This document shows, piece by piece, positions 37,003 to 46,365 of a stretch of 62,811 bases of DNA. The notes under the pieces were generated by a model. It was not told where the DNA came from. It saw only the letters and a program-made list of their open reading frames with translations, and did no database searches. Both the position numbers and the translations under genes were made by a program. Origin of the DNA: an uncultured Acidimicrobiales bacterium (GTDB lineage Bacteria > Actinomycetota > Acidimicrobiia > Acidimicrobiales > SHLQ01); the NCBI GenBank assembly GCA_937969345.1, contig CALBVK010000037.1, forward strand, positions 1 through 62,811, read 5' to 3'. Position 1 is the first letter of the stretch; every line of letters starts with the position of its first letter.

Positions 37003-38714
37003 CCACACGTCTCCGAGCAACACTCCTGACCATCGTTACGTCGGTCGCTCTCCTCGCCGCCTGCAGCGGCGACGACCAGGCCGCGCCGGTCGTTCCCGAC
37101 GTCAACGTCGACCAACCCGAGATTGGACCGGCGGTCAGCGACGAGTCCAGCGGCACGACAACGATCGACCCAGGCTCGGCGGACGAAATCGTAGAGCCAA
37201 CGGTCCTACGAGAGACAAAGCTCGGACGGGTCTACATTGCACCGAACGGGAACGATGGCCGCAGCGGCGAAGGCGCTGGGCAAGCCGTGGCCTCCCTCGA
37301 CCGGGCGCTCTCCATCTTGGCCCCTGGGGGAACGGTCGTCTTTCAGCCGGGCACATATGGCCCGCTCAAGATCGATGGGGTAAACGGCGCTGCCGGCTCA
37401 CCGATTCGCCTCGAGGCAGCTGGCTCGGTTGAGTTTCGCGATGATGACTATCGGTCTGGCGCAGGGATCCTGATTCGAAACTCTCAGCACATCGAGGTGG
37501 TGGGCATGACCGTCCGCCGGGCGTTGTGGGGCTTCTATATCGAGAACGCACACCACATCACTGTGCGAGCAAACAATGTTGGTGACATTGGCCAGGAAGG
37601 CATTCGTATCAAGGGCGGTTCCTCGAGCATCCGGATCGATGGCAACACCGTGGCCGACACGGGCCGACGGACCGATAAGGGCGAAGCCAATGGCGAAGGC
37701 ATCTATATCGGCACTGGCACTCCAGCTGGCGTCGATCATGTGAAGAACATCGTGGTCATCAATAACCGGATCATGCGAACCACTGATGAGGCCATCGACG
37801 TAAAGCGCCCTGCGACCAATGTCGACATCATCGGCAACACGATCTCCGACGTCGTGACCCAAACCTCGGGGGCGATCGTTGTTCACCTCAACGGTGACCA
37901 AGGCGGCGATCCCAAGATCAACGTCGAACGTAACGTCATCCGCAACGTCACCCGTTCGTCGCCGTACCGCGACGGAAACTGCATCGTTGCGCAGGTGACC
38001 ATACGTATTGTCAACAACGTCCTACAGAACTGCCAGCATCGCGGCATTTTCCTTCGCGGCAGCGGCGGCACCGCAACCGTCATGCACAACACGCTGTTCA
38101 ACACCGGCAGTCTCGGAACCATCGTTGACGAAGGTCGGGGCATGCGCGTCGTCAGCGAGAACAACTTGGGCGCCGATGGCAACGCGAACCGATCGGCGAA
38201 CGCCGATGTCTTTGTCGACGCCAACAGCGGGAACTTCCGACTTCGCGACAATGCCCCGGCAGATCTGCGGTCGGCGCCAAACAAGGGTGTTGCAAACGAT
38301 GTCACCGGAGCCCGCCGCCCGGGGTCAGGCGCCGTCACGTTCGGCGCCTATGAGTCCTCCCAGGGCGCAGCTCCAGTAACGACCACGACGACCTCTCCCC
38401 CGCCGACCACCGCTGCGGCCCAAAGGGCTGCCCCGGTCGAGTCCGCGTCAGCGTCGACTAAAACAACGACGGCCCCAACGTCGAACCAGCCGGTCGGTAG
38501 CAACGCTGCAGCGGCCAACATCGTCCCGACGCAACCAACGGGTGCCTCACCGCAGCGCCCAGCGACAACACCAGGAACGACGACATCACGCACCGCAGCA
38601 GATCCGTCGTCGGGCCCGTTTATTCCTGGTCGCGACGATGACGGTGGGACCAGCGACGGCGACAGAGCGTCGTGCTTTGAGTCGCTCGTGTGCGGTTGGG
38701 CACCTTTTCTGTAA
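36999..38714 (+). CDS. lipoprotein with a right-handed parallel beta-helix domain and a Pro/Thr/Ala-rich C-terminal tail
   Basis: Internal ATG 36999 (MTTRLRATLLTIVTSVALLAACSG, lipobox LAAC). Beta-helix repeats: NNVGDIGQEGIRIKGGSSSIRIDGNTVADTGRR ... INNRIMRTTDEAIDVK. Paralogous to 43563..45164. Confidence 0.75.
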   Translation: MTTRLRATLLTIVTSVALLAACSGDDQAAPVVPDVNVDQPEIGPAVSDESSGTTTIDPGSADEIVEPTVLRETKLGRVYIAPNGNDGRSGEGAGQAVASLDRALSILAPGGTVVFQPGTYGPLKIDGVNGAAGSPIRLEAAGSVEFRDDDYRSGAGILIRNSQHIEVVGMTVRRALWGFYIENAHHITVRANNVGDIGQEGIRIKGGSSSIRIDGNTVADTGRRTDKGEANGEGIYIGTGTPAGVDHVKNIVVINNRIMRTTDEAIDVKRPATNVDIIGNTISDVVTQTSGAIVVHLNGDQGGDPKINVERNVIRNVTRSSPYRDGNCIVAQVTIRIVNNVLQNCQHRGIFLRGSGGTATVMHNTLFNTGSLGTIVDEGRGMRVVSENNLGADGNANRSANADVFVDANSGNFRLRDNAPADLRSAPNKGVANDVTGARRPGSGAVTFGAYESSQGAAPVTTTTTSPPPTTAAAQRAAPVESASASTKTTTAPTSNQPVGSNAAAANIVPTQPTGASPQRPATTPGTTTSRTAADPSSGPFIPGRDDDGGTSDGDRASCFESLVCGWAPFL

Positions 38715-38753
38715 TCGCACGACCCCGACTCTCTGATCAAGCGCGTATCCCGA

Positions 38754-38768
38754 TACGGTCTCTATTGC
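38754..38768 (+). promoter_or_regulatory. recurrent upstream motif variant TACGGTCTCTATTGC (site 5 of 6)
   Basis: Lies in the 162-nt intergenic region upstream of the 38877 glycosyltransferase. Confidence 0.25.
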
Positions 38769-38876
38769 GGGACGAATCCTTCAGGTCGGCAGAAATAATG
38801 CCAAATAGATTTGGAGCTACTGCGCAGCCGCGAGGAAACTCAGCGTGTAAGCCGTGGAGAGATGTAGGGAAGTTCC

Positions 38877-40049
38877 GTGCGAAACAACATGACGGGAACC
38901 ACCGAGCCGGTGGTGACCATCTTGTTCAAGAACTGTCATCAGTACCGCGTGCCGTTCTTCCGGCAGCTGCGGCGCAATCTTGAGCAAAAGGGAATCGAAC
39001 TTCGTCTCGTGGTCGGCGGCGGCCTGCCCGAGGATCTCGCGAAGGGCGACACAGCCGTGGAGAGTTTGCCGTGGGCCGAGGAGCGGCCGTTTCGTTCGGT
39101 CACCTTCCTTGGTCACACAATGCTGTGGCAACCGGGATTCGACCTGGCGCGGTCCTCTGACCTCATCATCACCGAGCAAGCATCGAAGCAACTGTTCAAT
39201 ATCGTTCTCGCGTACGGCCAACGAGTCTTGGGCACCCGACATGCATTCTGGGGACATGGCAAGAACTTTCAGGCGTCGCTCGAAGGTGGCGCTGGCGAAG
39301 GCCTGAAACGTCGCCTCACAAAGCGCGCACACTGGTTCTTCGCATACAACTCGCTGTCCGCTGACGCTGCCGTCGAGTTTGGCATGGATCCCGACAACGT
39401 CACGAGCGTGATGAACTCGACGGACACCGAGCACATGCGTGACGTTCGGATGTCGCTACCTGCACATACCGCACAATCGGTCCGCGACGAACTCTCCATG
39501 GGCGACGGCCCTGTCGCCCTCTATCTCGGTGGCGTGTACCTACACAAGCGTCCGGACTTTCTCGTCGAGGCGGCCGAGCACATTCGCGAACTCATCCCAA
39601 ACTTCGAGATGGTCGTTATCGGCAGCGGCAGCGCCGTCGGTGTCATCGAAGAAGCAGCAACTCGACACGACTGGTTCCACCACCTCGGCGCTCGGTATGG
39701 CGATGAACGCATTCGTCTCGCATCGGTTGCCGATATCCAGCTGATGCCCGGACTCGTGGGGTTGAACATCGTCGATGGCTTTGCGTTAGGCCTGCCGACG
39801 ATCACGACCAATATCGACTATCACAGCCCAGAGATCGAGTACCTCCTCGAGGGTGTCAACGGAATCGTGACACCTGAGCATTCCACGCCACAGGAATTCG
39901 CCGCGGCCGCCGCCGAGGTACTCGGATCGCCTGAGCAGCTCGCCGCCTTGCGTGAGGGCGCCGAGCTCGCCGGCAAGGAACTGTCTATTGCCGATATGGC
40001 GCAACGCTTCGCCGACGGTATTGTTCAGGCGCTTCGCGAGAACGCCTAG
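38877..40049 (+). CDS. glycosyltransferase, GT-B fold (GT4-like)
   Basis: GTG 38877 (alternative ATG 38889). GLVGLNIVDGFALGLPTITTNIDYHSPEIEYLLEGVNG. About 60% identical by eye to the C-terminal half of the next gene. Confidence 0.75.
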   Translation: MRNNMTGTTEPVVTILFKNCHQYRVPFFRQLRRNLEQKGIELRLVVGGGLPEDLAKGDTAVESLPWAEERPFRSVTFLGHTMLWQPGFDLARSSDLIITEQASKQLFNIVLAYGQRVLGTRHAFWGHGKNFQASLEGGAGEGLKRRLTKRAHWFFAYNSLSADAAVEFGMDPDNVTSVMNSTDTEHMRDVRMSLPAHTAQSVRDELSMGDGPVALYLGGVYLHKRPDFLVEAAEHIRELIPNFEMVVIGSGSAVGVIEEAATRHDWFHHLGARYGDERIRLASVADIQLMPGLVGLNIVDGFALGLPTITTNIDYHSPEIEYLLEGVNGIVTPEHSTPQEFAAAAAEVLGSPEQLAALREGAELAGKELSIADMAQRFADGIVQALRENA

Positions 40050-40179
40050 CGAGAGGTAGCCAACGTGGTTGCTGGCAATCATCAGCTCCACTCTTGGGGA
40101 GATCTGCCGATTGGCACCGTTGACAGCAGCGTTGACAGGACCGATCTGTTGCAGGCCAATTCTGAGCGAGGTGACGACG

Positions 40180-42327
40180 ATGACCGCGAATGAATATCGA
40201 TCGCTCGAACGGGCCCCCACTCCTGGTGACCTTACGATCGCAATCTGCACGATCGGCCGAAATGGGTTCCTTCAGGCAGCGCTCCAATCGCTGCTTGACA
40301 CCACTCCAGCGGGCGTATCGCTGCACGTCGTGCTGAATGCCCCAGAGGACGCAAGTCTCGCCACAGCCGTCGAAGACATGACCTCGCGTTGGGACGGCCC
40401 TTTCTTGCTGACTCTGCTCGACGATCGACTGAGCATCGCTGGCTCGCACAACACTGCTCTCGACCTCGCGACCACACCATTCATCACGTTTATGGGCGAT
40501 GACGACATCGTGCTCGAACCTCGCGTCCACCGCATCCTCGACCTGTTCTGGAGCACGACGCCCACGCCAGCTGTCGTGGGCAGCTTCTGCCGACGGGTCA
40601 GCGGGTCATACGACCGTCCTCGTTTCTCTACCAACAAGGACTACGGGCCAACGACAGTCGCAGCGTGGGAGGCCGAACGAGACTCGGGCGAACTCATCGA
40701 GATCGTCTTTCCGTCCGCGGTCTACCGCACCGACCTGCTCCGATCGATCAACGGCTTCGAGGAGCGCTTTGGCTCCGCCATGGATCTTGCGACCTTCACC
40801 ACACTTGGCATGAACCATCCGGTGCTCGCCGATCCACGGCGAAGCTTTGCACACCGAATCCACGACGGTTCGGTTACCTCGAGCAGCGCCAGCGAACACG
40901 CAACACGACTGCGCTACACCGAAAAATGTATGACGGCGATTCGGGCGGGCGAGGAACAGCCCTCGTGGGGTGCTTTCCTCGAAGCAACCGAAGCGTCGTC
41001 GCCAATTCGTCGCCTCTCCGACCAACGCCGGGTGCTAAGCGCCACGTTATTTCGCCAAGGCGGCGCAGCTGTGGCCTCGGGCAGCAGCCCGGCAGGCCTT
41101 GCCAAAGTCGCCGCGTCGGCGATCTTGTCTCCCAGCACCTTCCTTGGCCGGTCCAAGTCCCAGGTCTCTCGAGAGGAGACCGGCGAACGTGTCGTTGCCG
41201 TCCTGTTGAAGAACCTGAACCAGTACCGCGTACCGTTTTACGAGGTCGTCCGCGAAGACCTCAGAGCACACAACATCGAGCTGCGCTTGATCGTCGCTGA
41301 TGGGATGACCGAAGACCACGCCAAGGGTGACCGGGCCACACTCCCTTGGGCCGAACATCGACCTTTCCGCGAATTTTCACTCGCAGGCAAGAAGCTTCTG
41401 TGGCAGCCGGGATTCGACACGGCTTCGGGAGCGGACTTGATCATTACCGAGCAAGCGTCAAAGCAACTATTCAATATCGTGCTCGCGTACGGCCAGCGCG
41501 GACTCCACACCCGGCTCGCATTTTGGGGTCACGGGAAGAACTTTCAGACATCGATCGAGGGGTCTTCTGGCGAAGGCCTCAAGCGCCGCCTCACCCAGAA
41601 GTCTCACTGGTTCTTTGCCTACAACGCCCTCTCCGCCGAGGCGGCAGTTGAGGCAGGTATGCCAGCTGATCGCGTCACCTCGGTGATGAACTCAACCGAT
41701 ACCGAGAACATTCGATCGGTGCTCGCGTCCCTTCCAGAATCGACCGACGCCGATGTTCGAGCAGAGCTCGGCATGGGCAATGGGCCGGTCGTGTTGTGCA
41801 TGGGGGGCATGTATCCACCGAAACGTCCCGCCTACCTCCTCGAGTCTGCGTACGCCTTACGCGAACTCATACCCAACGTCGAGCTCTTGGTCATCGGAGG
41901 CGGTAGCGAGCAGCACCTGGTGGCCGAAGCCGCCGAGCAACACCCCTGGATCCATGCAACCGGGCCCATCTACGGCGATGACCGTCTGCGTCTTGCATCG
42001 GTCGCTGCGCTCCAGGTGATGCCCGGCCTCGTCGGGCTCAACATCGTGGACGCGTTTGGTCTCGGGCTACCGACGATCACGACCGACATCGACTATCACA
42101 GCCCCGAGATCGACTACCTCGTCGACGGGGTGAACGGGGTCATCGTCACCGGCGACCCCTCACCGACCGAGTTTGCTGCCGGAACTGCTGCGGTGCTCAC
42201 TGACCCCGATCGACTCGACGCGCTCCGATCAGCCGCTGACCATACCGGCCGAGAACTGACGATCGAGAATATGGCGCGGAACTTTGCCGATGGTGTGATC
42301 GCCGCACTCAACGCACCGGCACGCTGA
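40180..42327 (+). CDS. two-domain glycosyltransferase: N-terminal GT2 fused to a C-terminal GT-B (GT4-like) domain
   Basis: ATG 40180 with GAGGTG upstream. GT2: LTIAICTIGRNGFLQAALQSLL ... FMGDDD. The C-domain from about nt 41188 is paralogous to 38877..40049. Confidence 0.8.
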   Translation: MTANEYRSLERAPTPGDLTIAICTIGRNGFLQAALQSLLDTTPAGVSLHVVLNAPEDASLATAVEDMTSRWDGPFLLTLLDDRLSIAGSHNTALDLATTPFITFMGDDDIVLEPRVHRILDLFWSTTPTPAVVGSFCRRVSGSYDRPRFSTNKDYGPTTVAAWEAERDSGELIEIVFPSAVYRTDLLRSINGFEERFGSAMDLATFTTLGMNHPVLADPRRSFAHRIHDGSVTSSSASEHATRLRYTEKCMTAIRAGEEQPSWGAFLEATEASSPIRRLSDQRRVLSATLFRQGGAAVASGSSPAGLAKVAASAILSPSTFLGRSKSQVSREETGERVVAVLLKNLNQYRVPFYEVVREDLRAHNIELRLIVADGMTEDHAKGDRATLPWAEHRPFREFSLAGKKLLWQPGFDTASGADLIITEQASKQLFNIVLAYGQRGLHTRLAFWGHGKNFQTSIEGSSGEGLKRRLTQKSHWFFAYNALSAEAAVEAGMPADRVTSVMNSTDTENIRSVLASLPESTDADVRAELGMGNGPVVLCMGGMYPPKRPAYLLESAYALRELIPNVELLVIGGGSEQHLVAEAAEQHPWIHATGPIYGDDRLRLASVAALQVMPGLVGLNIVDAFGLGLPTITTDIDYHSPEIDYLVDGVNGVIVTGDPSPTEFAAGTAAVLTDPDRLDALRSAADHTGRELTIENMARNFADGVIAALNAPAR

Positions 42328-43583
42328 TGACGGTCGATCGCAGCGATAAAGGGCTCGCGCAGAACGCGGCTTTCGTCCTCGTCGCCGAGCTCATCGTGCA
42401 AGCCACTCGGGCCGCCACGATCTTCGTCCTGGCCGACGTGTTTACGGTTCCCGTGTTCGGCGACTACGTCTCGATGCTAGCTCTGACAACACTGCTCGCT
42501 CCGGTGAGCCAGTGGGGCATGAACCATGTCGGGGTGCGAGCCATTGCCCGAAACGTTCCGTTCGCCGAGACATGGGCCAAGGTGATCTCCGCGGTATCCA
42601 TCGGCGGCCTGCTCGGAACCTGTGTCGCGACGATCGTCGGGTTCGCACTGCTCGACATCCGCCCCGTTGTGGCCTTTGCCTTTGGTATTGCCCAGCTCAT
42701 TGGTTTCAACGCAGCGCAGGCATCCACCATGATGACCGAGGCCCACCACCGTTCAGATGTTGGCCTGCGCATCAATCTGACGGGCGGAGCGGTTCGGCTC
42801 GTCTTGCTTTTGTCATTCGTCCTGCTCGGGTTCGACAGTCTCTTGCAGTGGTCCGTGTTCCTGTTCGTCGGAATGGTCTCGTGGGGAGTGCTCAGCTCAC
42901 TGCAGGTCGCCCGAGCATTCGGAGGAACACATTCCCTTCTCGCTCCGAACCGCGAGGATCTCCGGCACGGCTTCGGGTTCGTCTTCGTGCAGACGTCGTC
43001 GAGTGGCCAGACCGACATCGATAAGTTCGTGCTCGGCGCAAACGACCTGAAGGCCGACGCCGCGATCTACTCGCCGGCATACCGGATCGTCGAGATGTCG
43101 ACCATCCCCCTGATCGCCGTCGTCCGAGCAACGTACGCGGAATTCTTCCGGAAGGGCGCGTCGACCGTCTCTGAGGCAATGGCGTTCGCAAAGCGTTTAA
43201 CGGCAATTGCGGCGGGCTACGGACTCGCAGCTGGCTTGGCCTTGTTCCTCGGCGCTCCGCTCATCTTGTTGATCCTCGACGAAGCCAAATACGGCGACTC
43301 GGTCGAGGCCGTCAAATGGCTCGCGTTCATCCCGTTGGTCAAGGGCCTGCAGTACTTCCCGGGGAATGCCTTAACCGGGGCTGATCATCACAACGTTCGC
43401 TCGTGGATCATCTTTGCGACAGCGATGGTCAACCTGGTCGGCAACCTTGCCTTTATCCCTCGGTACGGGTGGCAAGCAGCGGCGGTAACGACGCTGATCG
43501 CCGAAGTACTCTTTGCGGCCTTGCTGTGGACGGCGGTTTCGGTGCTCGCCCGCCGGGAGGGTTCAGCTTCCGCTGTTGTTTGA
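42327..43583 (+). CDS. polysaccharide flippase (Wzx/MOP-superfamily-like)
   Basis: 418 aa with about 12 TM segments. TGATG overlap with the upstream glycosyltransferase. Function comes from topology and context. Confidence 0.65.
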   Translation: MTVDRSDKGLAQNAAFVLVAELIVQATRAATIFVLADVFTVPVFGDYVSMLALTTLLAPVSQWGMNHVGVRAIARNVPFAETWAKVISAVSIGGLLGTCVATIVGFALLDIRPVVAFAFGIAQLIGFNAAQASTMMTEAHHRSDVGLRINLTGGAVRLVLLLSFVLLGFDSLLQWSVFLFVGMVSWGVLSSLQVARAFGGTHSLLAPNREDLRHGFGFVFVQTSSSGQTDIDKFVLGANDLKADAAIYSPAYRIVEMSTIPLIAVVRATYAEFFRKGASTVSEAMAFAKRLTAIAAGYGLAAGLALFLGAPLILLILDEAKYGDSVEAVKWLAFIPLVKGLQYFPGNALTGADHHNVRSWIIFATAMVNLVGNLAFIPRYGWQAAAVTTLIAEVLFAALLWTAVSVLARREGSASAVV

Positions 43584-45164
43584 GGTGTTGACCTTGGCCT
43601 TGGAACCGGACTGCCAAATGCCAGCCCGTCCAACGTTCGAGAACTTGTTGTCTCGGATGTTCACCGTGATCCGGTTGCCTTGTGAACCTTCGTCCTCAAC
43701 CCGGATTGCATAGTGCTGAGTGTTGCGGATGTTGTTGCCAATGACATCGGCCGACGAACCAACAACAATGCCCACACCGTCTCGGAATCCCGAGTTCGTC
43801 GAAATGTTTGTGATGGTGTTGTAGGCAATCCGAATGTTCGGGCTCGATGCGGAGTAGTCCTTCTCGATGTGAACAACGACAGCACCGCTTGTTCCGGTAC
43901 GGATGTCGTGGATGTTGTTGTTCGAAATCTCTACGTTGTGCACTGGTTGCTTGACGTCGATTGCCTCAGTCATGGTGTTCGAGATGTCGTTGTTCTTGAT
44001 CGTGACGTGGTGGACTTCGTCGCTCGAGTCTTTGCCCGTTCCGAGGTAGATGCCCTCGCCAAAGAGCGAGTACGGCTGACCGTCCGGTGCGGTACCGGTA
44101 CGTCGACCGGTCTTGGAGATCGTGGAGTTGGTGATCGTCACATATGACGAACGCTGCATGACACGAATGCCCTCTTGGCCAATATCGTCGATTCGAACGT
44201 TGTCGATGAGGATGCCAGAGGATCCCTCGAGGCGGATTCCCCACATGGACTTGCGGATGTTGATGTTCGAGACCGTGATGTTGGAAGATCCCGAAAGTTC
44301 AATGCCTGCACGACCCGTGTAGCTGTTGTCGGTGAAGGTGGGTCGGTTTCCGCTATCGGCTGCGGTGAGCACGATCGGGTTACCCTGCGCTCCCTTTGCG
44401 CCAGAGACTTTGATCGTCCCGTGGTTGCCGCCGGAGAACTCGAAGCGAGTTCCGGGCTTCGCCCGCGCAATCGCATCGTTGATCGGCGTGTTGGAGAATC
44501 CTCCACCATTCGCAACGCCGTTCGACACCCGAACAGTGCCGGGCGCCTGGGTGGTTGTCGGCGCTGCGGTCGTGGTGGGCGCTGCAGTTGTGGTGGGCGC
44601 TGCAGTGGTCGTCGGTCGTGCGGTCGTGGTGGGCGCTGCAGTAGTTGTTGGCGCAGCGGTCGTCGTCGTGGCCGGCGCAGTGTCTGGCACGTTCTCGGCA
44701 ACGTTTCCGCGTGCGTCGAGGTCGATCGCGATCGTCGTTGTCGTTGCTTTCGGAACGACCGTGGTGTCAAAGATCTTCGGAGCAACGGACGACTCCGGCG
44801 CGGGCGGAGCGGTGACTGTCGCACCCGCAATCTGACTTGAACCCACTGGGGTCGCCGGCGCCGCAGGTGCAGGGGTGAGTGGGTTTGCGTCGACGACAGT
44901 TTGCGCGTTCTCGATCGTGACCGGCTCAGCAACACTTGCATCGACCACGACGAGTTCGACGGCGGTTCCGGTGGCAGGGTCGATTTCGACGTCGACCACG
45001 GAACGAGCAACAGAAGGTGTTCCAAGATCGCGGCCGGTGACCGTAACCACTGTGCGTCCCATTTCACCGAGCGCGCCACGAAGACCACCAGCAGTGGTGA
45101 TGGCAACCACCAAGACCACAAGAAGTGATACCCCTACCCGCCGAACGGGACTCCACGAACGCAC
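43563..45164 (-). CDS. secreted right-handed beta-helix protein with an (APTTTAA)n linker
   Basis: GTG start and N-terminal TM/signal SLLVVLVVAITTAGG. Beta-helix: IRKSMWGIRLEGSSGILIDNVRIDDIGQEGIRVMQRSSYVTITNSTISKTGRRTG. Its 21-nt tail overlaps the flippase gene. Confidence 0.8.
   Translation of the reverse strand: MRSWSPVRRVGVSLLVVLVVAITTAGGLRGALGEMGRTVVTVTGRDLGTPSVARSVVDVEIDPATGTAVELVVVDASVAEPVTIENAQTVVDANPLTPAPAAPATPVGSSQIAGATVTAPPAPESSVAPKIFDTTVVPKATTTTIAIDLDARGNVAENVPDTAPATTTTAAPTTTAAPTTTARPTTTAAPTTTAAPTTTAAPTTTQAPGTVRVSNGVANGGGFSNTPINDAIARAKPGTRFEFSGGNHGTIKVSGAKGAQGNPIVLTAADSGNRPTFTDNSYTGRAGIELSGSSNITVSNINIRKSMWGIRLEGSSGILIDNVRIDDIGQEGIRVMQRSSYVTITNSTISKTGRRTGTAPDGQPYSLFGEGIYLGTGKDSSDEVHHVTIKNNDISNTMTEAIDVKQPVHNVEISNNNIHDIRTGTSGAVVVHIEKDYSASSPNIRIAYNTITNISTNSGFRDGVGIVVGSSADVIGNNIRNTQHYAIRVEDEGSQGNRITVNIRDNKFSNVGRAGIWQSGSKAKVNTSNNSGS
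44544..44678 (-). repeat. in-frame 21-nt tandem repeat encoding (APTTTAA) about 6 times
   Basis: Protein residues 163-207 read APATTTTAAPTTTAAPTTTARPTTTAAPTTTAAPTTTAAPTTT. Coordinates are computed from residue indices. Confidence 0.85.
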
Positions 45165-45260
45165 AGTGAATGTATATCACAGCTTGTAATGAAAACGACA
45201 TGTCGGGAGGAGTTTGTTTTGTCACGCGCCGCTGCCAGATTCGCATACTGCGGCCCCCGT

Positions 45261-45279
45261 TAATGTTACGGAAACATTA
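45261..45279. promoter_or_regulatory. AT-rich palindrome TAATGTT-N5-AACATTA in a divergent promoter region (candidate operator)
   Basis: A perfect 7-5-7 inverted repeat in the 183-nt gap between the divergent genes starting at 45164 (-) and 45348 (+). Confidence 0.35.
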
Positions 45280-45347
45280 CAGCAGGATTCGAGCGAAAGA
45301 TCGGACAGATCAGTGGCACGCAGTGAGACCGTGCTCAATAGAGTGTC

Positions 45348-46355
45348 GTGATGTCGATAGCCCGTGTGTTTTGGTCAGTTACCCCCCACCAGACACAAAG
45401 CCCGTACATCCGAGACCTTGCGAACGCCGTCGAAGCGCTCGGCTGTCAGGTTGAGCCCCTCACCCTCCGTGCGGTTGCCAAGACCACTCACCAGATTGTG
45501 CACATTCAATGGCCCGAGCATGTGTCGCGAGGTCCTTCGACCGCAACCACGATCGCCAAACACGGACGGGCCCTCGCCCTTCTCGCAGCACTTCGTATTC
45601 GCAAACACGCAATCGTCCTCACGGCGCACAATCGAGCCCCGCACGGCGAATCCGACACGTTCGACGCATGGTTCCGTAGAGCTGTCCAGAAACACGCAGC
45701 TGCGACAATTCTTCTCGTACCCGGTCACCAGCAGACGCTCGAGGCCGACGGCGCTATTGGCGACAACACCCTTGTGCGGACCATTCCCCATCCCACACAT
45801 CCGCCCGACGGTCCCCTGGCTCTTCGCCCCGAGGCGGAGCGTACCCAGCTCGTCGTCTTGGGCCAGATCCATCCTTACCATCGGATAGAAGAGTTCATTG
45901 CCGCCCTCGATGCCCAAGACAACACCCGACCGGTGCTGATCATCGGTGGCGTCGGCGACGAGGCACTGCTGTCGCGGCTCAGCCAAAAGGCCCACACGCT
46001 GCCATGGCTGACCATCCAGCCCGGCTTCGCCGACGATGACACCCTTGAGCCAATCTTGGAACAGAGCGCCGCAATCGTCTCGCTGCAGCGCAATACCTTC
46101 AACTCGGGCGGACCGTTCTATGCGTTGCCCCGCGGCCTGCCAATTATCATGAGCAGCGGAGCGCAAGCGTCTGATATCAACGAACATGCCGGTGATGACT
46201 GGGTCTTTGCCGTCCCCGACGATGTTGGGTCGCTCGACGTCGCTACCCTTAACGCCTGGCTAGACCGCAAGCGGACAAAACCTGTGCTCGAACGCTTTGC
46301 AATCGATCGCATCGCGGCCGCACATATTGAGTTGTACGAATTATTGCAGTTCTAG
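45348..46355 (+). CDS. putative GT-B-fold glycosyltransferase (weak call)
   Basis: GTG 45348 / ATG 45351. HIQWPEHV N-terminal motif and a C-terminal nucleotide-binding-like half (LVVLGQIHPYHRIEEFI). No strong catalytic motif recognised. Confidence 0.4.
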   Translation: MMSIARVFWSVTPHQTQSPYIRDLANAVEALGCQVEPLTLRAVAKTTHQIVHIQWPEHVSRGPSTATTIAKHGRALALLAALRIRKHAIVLTAHNRAPHGESDTFDAWFRRAVQKHAAATILLVPGHQQTLEADGAIGDNTLVRTIPHPTHPPDGPLALRPEAERTQLVVLGQIHPYHRIEEFIAALDAQDNTRPVLIIGGVGDEALLSRLSQKAHTLPWLTIQPGFADDDTLEPILEQSAAIVSLQRNTFNSGGPFYALPRGLPIIMSSGAQASDINEHAGDDWVFAVPDDVGSLDVATLNAWLDRKRTKPVLERFAIDRIAAAHIELYELLQF

Positions 46356-46365
46356 CCGTCAGCAC

